NCBI GenBank assembly: GCA_037969075.1
Contig: JBBKWS010000178.1
Location: 1-21,750 of the forward strand
Source of the DNA: Bdellovibrionales bacterium
Lineage (GTDB): Bacteria > Bdellovibrionota > Bdellovibrionia > Bdellovibrionales > UBA840
DNA length: 21,750 nucleotides
Reading direction: 5' to 3'
The first letter of the stretch is position 1; each line of letters opens with the position of its first letter. Shown here in pieces: positions 15,898 through 21,750 of the stretch. A program made the translations under genes and the position numbers. The notes below the pieces were generated by a model, which worked only from the letters and a program-made list of their open reading frames with translations, made no database searches and had not been told where the DNA came from.

Positions 15898-17184
15898 TTA
15901 ATAGCTATATCTTACAATGATTGGGTTTACAGAGATTTTTGCTAAACCCTGTTTTACATCATTAATCATCTGATTCATTCCCGTAGAAACTTCATAAGAA
16001 GGTTCATCGGTGATTAGGATGATCTCTCTGTTTAAGCTTTTCCAATCTAACTTTTTAACAGCCATGTTTAAACCATGGTAACTAGCCTCACCAGGGTCAA
16101 TAGAATGTTGGCTTTGTGAGAATCTGTTTAATAGGTTTCTTAATGTTGCATCGACTTTATTTAAGTCTTCAGTGAAAGCAAGGTCTATTGCTTCTCTACC
16201 AGGCTCACCAAAAGTAACGACAGCAATTCTAACTGTTCGTCCACTTTGTTTGATGGCTTTGAAATTAGCATTTAACTTAATTAGGTTAGATATAACTTCA
16301 CTAATGTTGTTAGACATAGAACCCGAGTAATCGATAACCAAAGCAAGTTCTAGATTGTCTGCATTTGTATTCATTTTACTTTTTAGAACGCTAACTTGAT
16401 CAACCATAACATCTGATAATTCAGTAGAAGAGTTTGCGATACCTAAAACACCGTTTGTCTCTTCGGCCATGCTAAGGTTTTGGATTACTGTATCTCTGCT
16501 AAAACCCTTAGAGGTTGCATAAGATAAGATATTGTCTTTGCCGGATTGTACATGAGTACTGCCATTTGAACGATAAATTGCATTTGAGCTGCCTTGGCTT
16601 ACATTCTGCAAAATAGCAGTTTCTCTAGCGGTAATCTCAATATTTTTTTCAACTGCTGAGGGGCAAGATTCTTGAGATAAGCTCAAAGCAACTGATTCCA
16701 TATTGCTAAGTATGCTTCTAAACCCTGTTAACTGCTTAGATATGCCTAAGGTAACTTTTAACAATTCAGCACGTTGAGAAGTTTCGGCTTGATAAACCAA
16801 CTTTGCATTATCTCTCAGCGTTTGTACACTTAGTAGGCCAGCCTCTTCTGCTTCAATAATTTCATTAAGTGCTGTCTTTTTATTAGCAGTAAACGCTGTG
16901 AAGGCATTGCATGAACTCTTACTATTTAAAGTAAAGTAGCTATCGCTAACTAGTTTCATTTTACTATCTAGAGATTTAATTCCTGCTATATATGAGGAAA
17001 TGTTTTTATCCACTACGGTTCCATTCGTAGTAAGATCATTATATTTTTTTACTAAGTCATTATATTGGCTAACCTGTTCATTGTAGGTGTCTTCATTTAC
17101 ACCGCTGCTAGAATCATCGTCGCAGGCAGCAAGAAACATAGTTAAAGAGGCAATCAGTAATACGGGTAATTTTTTAAATAACAT
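15898..17184 (-). CDS. Lipoprotein with helical/coiled-coil stalk and C-terminal von Willebrand factor A domain
   Basis: Lipobox FLAA-C; LALVIDYSGSM (MIDAS DxSxS), IAVVTF, IILITDEP; AGGAG SD. Confidence 0.85.
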   Translation of the reverse strand: MLFKKLPVLLIASLTMFLAACDDDSSSGVNEDTYNEQVSQYNDLVKKYNDLTTNGTVVDKNISSYIAGIKSLDSKMKLVSDSYFTLNSKSSCNAFTAFTANKKTALNEIIEAEEAGLLSVQTLRDNAKLVYQAETSQRAELLKVTLGISKQLTGFRSILSNMESVALSLSQESCPSAVEKNIEITARETAILQNVSQGSSNAIYRSNGSTHVQSGKDNILSYATSKGFSRDTVIQNLSMAEETNGVLGIANSSTELSDVMVDQVSVLKSKMNTNADNLELALVIDYSGSMSNNISEVISNLIKLNANFKAIKQSGRTVRIAVVTFGEPGREAIDLAFTEDLNKVDATLRNLLNRFSQSQHSIDPGEASYHGLNMAVKKLDWKSLNREIILITDEPSYEVSTGMNQMINDVKQGLAKISVNPIIVRYSY

Positions 17185-17275
17185 ATTTACTCCTAAGTAA
17201 TTTTTTATATTTATAAACCAGCAGAGCTTTTATTGAAATAGAAGCTCCTTATAGCTGTTTCAAGGCTGCAAACGT

Positions 17276-17302
17276 TGTAAAAAAGGCAAGCCTATTTTTA
17301 CA
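17276..17302 (-). terminator. Hairpin after the 121-aa gene, possible terminator or operator
   Basis: Minus strand TGTAAAAATAGG-CTTG-CCTTTTTTACA. Confidence 0.4.
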
Positions 17303-17323
17303 GCATATGCTCAGTATCACTTT

Positions 17324-17689
17324 TTATTTGAGAAAATTTGGATGTCTTATCTTATAGTCCTCAAGACTTCGAATGCTACCAAGAGAGATGTATAATGTTC
17401 TTACTCCAATTACATAACTAAGATCAATTACAACTTTTTGATGGCTTTTAAAGGTTAATAGACGCGTATTAAGAGTTTTTTCGAGTTGATAAAGAGTTTC
17501 CATATTTTGCGACCAGGTACGGTATATCTCTTCGCCGTCTACATATAAGATAATTTCATTATAGATAGGAAATGTGTGGTCAATGACTTCGGTTTCAATA
17601 GAGTAGGGGCTAGTAACAATAACTTTAGAGTTAGCAAGAAGCTGTGGGCTTAAAAATAGTAGTGCTAATCCTAAAGTTATTTTTTTCAT
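17324..17689 (-). CDS. Secreted hypothetical protein
   Basis: MKKITLGLALLFLSPQLLA signal peptide; TAATG coupling to the upstream gene. Confidence 0.7.
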   Translation of the reverse strand: MKKITLGLALLFLSPQLLANSKVIVTSPYSIETEVIDHTFPIYNEIILYVDGEEIYRTWSQNMETLYQLEKTLNTRLLTFKSHQKVVIDLSYVIGVRTLYISLGSIRSLEDYKIRHPNFLK

Positions 17690-18282
17690 TACATCACTTC
17701 ACATCTTAAAGACATTTTAGTAGTGCGGTTTTTACCTGATTCAGTAATTAGCAAACTAGCTCGATTTGATTTTTGATCTACTTTTACATCGACTGTTTTA
17801 CCAATGTCATCTTCCTGATAAATACGAATAGAATCTTTAGTAGGTCTATATTCTCCAGCACCTAATTGATGTACCATTCTATACTGCTTGTTTCTAACAG
17901 TATCTTGTTGATATAAAGCACTGGCTTGTACTTCTTTAACCAGTTCTTTTTTACCTTGTAGGTAAGAAAGCTGACCATTGAAGTATAATTCAGTTCCTTG
18001 TCTGTGTTCATTTAATAGAGCAACACAAAACTCAGCTTCTTTAGTTTTCTTAGCATCAAAATCAGAAAGGTCTAATTTTGATAAAGGGTCAATGGCCTCT
18101 ACACGGATATTCTCGGCTTGATGACATGAATAAAGAGCTTTGATTTTAGGGACATCTTCACGTCCTTTTAAAACTTCTTTCTTAGAGCAGGGTTGATATA
18201 CCTTATAAGCTGCAGCTTGAGCAACGCTACTAAAAGCCTGCAAAAGTATAAACCCAAGTAGAATGGATCTTGTTAACTTCAT
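17689..18282 (-). CDS. Secreted hypothetical protein (4 Cys)
   Basis: GGAGG SD before ATG 18282; signal peptide MKLTRSILLGFILLQAFSSVAQA. Confidence 0.75.
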   Translation of the reverse strand: MKLTRSILLGFILLQAFSSVAQAAAYKVYQPCSKKEVLKGREDVPKIKALYSCHQAENIRVEAIDPLSKLDLSDFDAKKTKEAEFCVALLNEHRQGTELYFNGQLSYLQGKKELVKEVQASALYQQDTVRNKQYRMVHQLGAGEYRPTKDSIRIYQEDDIGKTVDVKVDQKSNRASLLITESGKNRTTKMSLRCEVM

Positions 18283-18388
18283 TTTTTCCTCCGAACGTAC
18301 AAAAATTTGTTTGCAACAACCAAAAATTGTCACTTTAAACAATGCTAAAGCTACCCTAAGGCGACTTTAGCTCAACAAGGTACTTATA

Positions 18389-18406
18389 ATGCAGTTGGTG
18401 TGCCAG
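18389..18406 (-). promoter_or_regulatory. Sigma54 (RpoN) -24/-12 promoter
   Basis: CTGGCACACCAACTGCAT: GG-N10-GC, matching TGGCAC-N5-(T)TGCA. Confidence 0.65.
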
Positions 18407-18453
18407 AGGCTTGGTATGTGGATATAGGGTGTATAGTTATAATAAAGAGAGAA

Positions 18454-18864
18454 CTATTTTTCAATTACGATTTCTAGAGGATCATAATAATCAAGTTGTT
18501 GTTGCTGTGGACTGATGGTAGTTGCGGTCCAAGTTTTACCACCAAAACCAAATATGGGACCAAAGATAAATTCATACCATGATACTTTTCGCTCAAGTGT
18601 TGCTTTTGATTCCAGGGCATTTTTAACATGTCCTGTTTTATCATCGATGGTTGTGTAGATTAATTTGTAAGAAACTTCAATTTTTGCATCAATCTCAGTA
18701 GATTCTAATATTTCTAAGGTTTCAATCTCTTCAAAACCCTCTTTACCAGTTAAGAGTTCTGTTAATTTTTCTTTAAAATTATTTGTAACAAAATTTTTAT
18801 CAGCCTCAGATAGAGGTGGATAAGAACAGCTAGTGAGTAATAGTAATATAATTAGGCGTATCAT
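18454..18864 (-). CDS. Hypothetical lipoprotein
   Basis: MIRLIILLLLTS-C lipobox; GGAGA SD. Confidence 0.7.
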   Translation of the reverse strand: MIRLIILLLLTSCSYPPLSEADKNFVTNNFKEKLTELLTGKEGFEEIETLEILESTEIDAKIEVSYKLIYTTIDDKTGHVKNALESKATLERKVSWYEFIFGPIFGFGGKTWTATTISPQQQQLDYYDPLEIVIEK

Positions 18865-18878
18865 ATATCTCCATAAGA

Positions 18879-19673
18879 TTAATATAGTAAACTGTAGCTA
18901 AGGGATAATACCCGGTATGTGGACACGTAACTTTGTCTTCCAGAGTTTACTTTTGATGTTGCATCAAACTCATTGCTGTAAGCGGATTGCCAGTAGGCAA
19001 GGCCTACTTGACCACGGCGGCTAAACCAATTGACCAAATAATTAAATTCGCCGCGCACAAATAGGGCGTAACCATTGTCGTCTACGCTTAAGTCTGAATT
19101 TTCATCCACATTTAGTGTGTAGAGTACATCTAGGCTAGCATTTAAATGAATATTGTTAGTGATGGTGACACCTCTTTCAATCCCAAAAGCAGGACCGCTG
19201 TAACCAGCTGCTAAGAAGTCAGTGGTAGGCGTTTCAAGTTCAAAGTTGTTTGAGGTTTGGTGGTAAAATAGTTTAAAGGCAAAATAATTGCCTTTTCGTA
19301 GTGGATCAAATTCTAAGATATATCTGAGACCAACATCAATGGTTCTAAAAAAAACATCAGCTTCATTTTTATCGTTAGAAGCTGGATATAAAATATTCTG
19401 ACCATGTAAAACTCTAAGTTCGCTACCCCAATGCTTGTTAAACCTCGCAATCCATTCGGCAGCGATAAATGGCATGGCATCATCACCAGAGTTTAGTGCA
19501 ATGCCAGGAGTGTTTCCTTTAATTTGAATTAAGCCCGTTCTTAGGCTTAATTTAGTTTGTGAGCTGGGATTGTTATTTAGGATCTCTCCAATATAGGTAC
19601 GTGTTTGTTGTTCAATATTGGACTCTTCAGAGCTGTAACTACATAGTGAAATAACAAAAATCAAAAATATCAT
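18879..19673 (-). CDS. Probable outer-membrane beta-barrel protein
   Basis: Hydrophobic N-terminus, amphipathic strands, aromatic C-terminal beta-signal YRVLSLSYSLLY. Confidence 0.65.
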   Translation of the reverse strand: MIFLIFVISLCSYSSEESNIEQQTRTYIGEILNNNPSSQTKLSLRTGLIQIKGNTPGIALNSGDDAMPFIAAEWIARFNKHWGSELRVLHGQNILYPASNDKNEADVFFRTIDVGLRYILEFDPLRKGNYFAFKLFYHQTSNNFELETPTTDFLAAGYSGPAFGIERGVTITNNIHLNASLDVLYTLNVDENSDLSVDDNGYALFVRGEFNYLVNWFSRRGQVGLAYWQSAYSNEFDATSKVNSGRQSYVSTYRVLSLSYSLLY

Positions 19674-19679
19674 ACTATT

Positions 19680-19708
19680 AGCTTAGAGGAGGCGGAGGGG
19701 GCTTGCAA
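19680..19708 (-). promoter_or_regulatory. Sigma70 promoter, probable leaderless start
   Basis: TTGCAA-N17-TAAGCT-N6-ATG(19673); it occupies the whole intergenic gap. Confidence 0.6.
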
Positions 19709-20215
19709 TCATAATTTGGGGAGATGCAAGATAGGATCAACAGCTTTTTTTTGCTTTCTTAGTTCAAAGTGTAAATGCACGCCTCTTGCGTTACCTGTGG
19801 CTCCCATAAGCGCTATTTTCTGTCCGACCTGTATCCATTGACCTTCGCCAACTAATATTTTGTTGTTGTGAGCATACAGACTGCCCCAACCATTTGGATG
19901 TTCAATGATAATGAGTTTACCGAAGCCACGATACTTATTTCCAACATAGACAACTCTACCATCGTGAGCGGCAAGAATAGGTTCACCTTTAGCTTTTGCT
20001 AAGTCGATACCATAGTGGTTTTTACGAAATGGAGAAAAACCTCTAGTCATTCTGGCCCCACGTACTGGCCATTCGAGTGTAAAAGTGCTGTTTTTTGCAG
20101 GCGCACGACTTACAGAGCCTGCTGGTTTGTAATCATCTGATGAAGTTCTAAATGGCGCTAGCTGCAGCGGAGCACAACCAGTAAGCAAAAGAAATAGGAC
20201 TAAGCAAAATCGCAT
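19709..20215 (-). CDS. M23 family metallopeptidase lipoprotein (NlpD-like, no LysM)
   Basis: Lipobox LTG-C; WPV.G, HYGIDL, YAHN, GATGNA.GVHLHFE, VDP. Confidence 0.92.
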   Translation of the reverse strand: MRFCLVLFLLLTGCAPLQLAPFRTSSDDYKPAGSVSRAPAKNSTFTLEWPVRGARMTRGFSPFRKNHYGIDLAKAKGEPILAAHDGRVVYVGNKYRGFGKLIIIEHPNGWGSLYAHNNKILVGEGQWIQVGQKIALMGATGNARGVHLHFELRKQKKAVDPILHLPKL

Positions 20216-20220
20216 ACTTT

Positions 20221-20248
20221 AGTATAACCAGAAAAGTCTGTTTGGTAA
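20221..20248 (-). promoter_or_regulatory. Sigma70 promoter, probable leaderless start
   Basis: TTACCA-N16-TATACT-N5-ATG(20215). Confidence 0.55.
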
Positions 20249-20261
20249 GCTTTTTCTGGCC

Positions 20262-21494
20262 TTACGTTTTATATATTGGAAAGTCTTTACAAAGCTCGCG
20301 TACTTCCTGATGAATTCTGTGCAAACTTGCGTCTTCTGTTAGATTTTTAAGACTTTGATCAATCCACTTAGCAATGAGTTTCATTTCGCTTAAACCCATT
20401 CCCCTAGTAGTAAGCGCCGGTGTACCAATACGAATCCCGCTGGTTACAAATGGACTTCTTTTATCATATGGGACTGTGTTTTTGTTTACAGTGATTCCTG
20501 CTTTTCCTAAACCAATTTCGGCATCTTTTCCTGAGATATTTTGTTTAGTAAGATCTATCAGCAACAGATGATTGTCAGTTCCACCAGTAACTAAGTCATA
20601 TCCATAGCTAGTGAGCTCACTTGCAAGTAGTTTTGCATTGTCTAAAACTTTTTGACAGTAGATTTTAAAAGAAGGTTCTAAGGCTTCTTTAAAAGCGACA
20701 GCTTTTGCTGCAATCACATGCTCTAACGGGCCACCCTGAATTCCTGGAAAGATAGCAGAGTTAACCATCTTAGCGTTAGCTTCAGAGCATAAAATCATAC
20801 CGCCGCGCGGGCCACGAAGAGTTTTGTGAGTTGTAGTCGTAGTGAAATCAGCATAGGGGATAGGTGAGGGATGAAGGCCCGTTGCTACGAGTCCTGCAAA
20901 GTGAGCCATGTCAGCAAAAAGGTAGGCCCCAACGTCGGTTGCGATTTCTTTAAATTTTACAAAGTCGATTTGTCTTGGGTATGCCGAGTAGCCAGCGATT
21001 AAAATTTTTGGTTTTACTTCACGTGCTGTTTTTAGAATTGTATCGTAATTGATCAAATTAGTTGTTGGATCCAATTGATAGTGAGTGGCATTAAACATTT
21101 TACCCGAAAAGTTCACAGGACTGCCATGAGTTAAATGCCCACCATGGGATAAATCCATTCCTAAAATCGTATCACCTGGTTTTGCAATCGAAAAAAACAC
21201 TCCGAAGTTTGCTTGTGAGCCCGAGTGCGGCTGCACATTAGCGTGCTCGGCGCCAAATAGTTTTTTAGCTCTGTCTATGGCAAGTTGTTCGATGACATCG
21301 ACATTTTGACAACCGCCGTAGTAGCGTTTGCCGGGGTAACCCTCTGCATATTTATTGGTTAAGATAGATCCTTGCGCTTCTAAAACATCGCGTGAGACGT
21401 AGTTTTCGGATGCAATCATCTCTAGTTCAAACTCTTGTCTTTCGGTTTCATTTTGAATGCTAGCATAAATTTCAGGATCGTTTTTTTGTAACAT
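20262..21494 (-). CDS. glyA: Serine hydroxymethyltransferase
   Basis: [41 protein letters not shown] (PLP Lys), PGIQGGP, SGIRIGT. Confidence 0.98.
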   Translation of the reverse strand: MLQKNDPEIYASIQNETERQEFELEMIASENYVSRDVLEAQGSILTNKYAEGYPGKRYYGGCQNVDVIEQLAIDRAKKLFGAEHANVQPHSGSQANFGVFFSIAKPGDTILGMDLSHGGHLTHGSPVNFSGKMFNATHYQLDPTTNLINYDTILKTAREVKPKILIAGYSAYPRQIDFVKFKEIATDVGAYLFADMAHFAGLVATGLHPSPIPYADFTTTTTHKTLRGPRGGMILCSEANAKMVNSAIFPGIQGGPLEHVIAAKAVAFKEALEPSFKIYCQKVLDNAKLLASELTSYGYDLVTGGTDNHLLLIDLTKQNISGKDAEIGLGKAGITVNKNTVPYDKRSPFVTSGIRIGTPALTTRGMGLSEMKLIAKWIDQSLKNLTEDASLHRIHQEVRELCKDFPIYKT

Positions 21495-21524
21495 AAGATC
21501 TCCTGCAAGGGATAGATTTTCTAA

Positions 21525-21552
21525 ACTCTACAATCTACCTATAATCAGTCAA
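21525..21552 (-). promoter_or_regulatory. Sigma70-like promoter of glyA
   Basis: TTGACT-N16-TAGAGT; AGGAG SD downstream. Confidence 0.4.
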
Positions 21553-21567
21553 GATAGAAGTAAGAGA

Positions 21568-21750
21568 CTAGCAGTCTCCTAACTTATTTACTCGGTCTTG
21601 ATGGCGTCCACCTTCAAACTCGGCGTTAATAAATGCAGTTAGGATGTCGGCTGCATGATCAGCAGCAGTATGTCTTGCGCCAAGGCATAGCACATTGGCG
21701 TCGTTGTGCCCACGGGATAAGATGGCGATATCTTCATTCCAACATAGGGC
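21568..21750 (-). CDS. rpiB: Ribose-5-phosphate isomerase B, C-terminal part (runs off the window; absent from the ORF track)
   Basis: Manual translation ALCWNEDIAILSRGHNDANVLCLGAR...FEGGRHQDRVNKLGDC*; rpiB-glyA synteny is common. Confidence 0.92.
   Translation of the reverse strand, partial: ALCWNEDIAILSRGHNDANVLCLGARHTAADHAADILTAFINAEFEGGRHQDRVNKLGDC

Noticed and set aside
18283..18380. c-di-GMP riboswitch in the sigma54 leader
   Set aside because: Only one hairpin; I see no GNRA tetraloop/receptor pair or GCAAA junction.
956..20571. Short shadow ORFs (956, 2473, 4469, 6095, 8717, 9192, 10902, 11336, 12296, 13239, 13595, 13908, 14841, 20374)
   Set aside because: Each lies within or antisense to a better-supported gene and shows no motifs.
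21564..21578. GAGACT-agc-AGTCTC hairpin at the rpiB stop
   Set aside because: Short stem with a poor U-tract, and arm order opposite to the cassette palindrome.

Overview
AT-rich bacterial chromosomal region. The QNC-type signal peptides, secreted cell-wall enzymes and many secreted hypothetical proteins suggest a Bdellovibrionota-like predator (inference). Housekeeping genes (Dus-family synthase, grxC, UvrD/Rep helicase, bolA, 3'-5' exonuclease, ettA, glyA, partial rpiB) are interleaved with lipoprotein and envelope genes. No mobile element, CRISPR array or structural RNA gene was seen. Main observations: (1) about ten genes have a promoter -10 box 5-7 nt before the start codon and no Shine-Dalgarno, implying widespread leaderless mRNAs under both sigma70-like and sigma28-like promoters; (2) a 103-bp promoter-plus-signal-peptide cassette is duplicated in front of two otherwise unrelated Cys-rich lipoproteins; (3) a UvrD-family helicase lacks its C-terminal Tudor domain while a Zn-ribbon + UvrD-type Tudor protein lies upstream in the same gene run, next to EVE, GNAT-like and EEP genes; (4) a signal-peptide-bearing PD-(D/E)xK nuclease-like protein; (5) a 21-bp-phased repeat array upstream of a histone-H1-like SWIB gene; (6) a sigma54 promoter with a hairpin leader.
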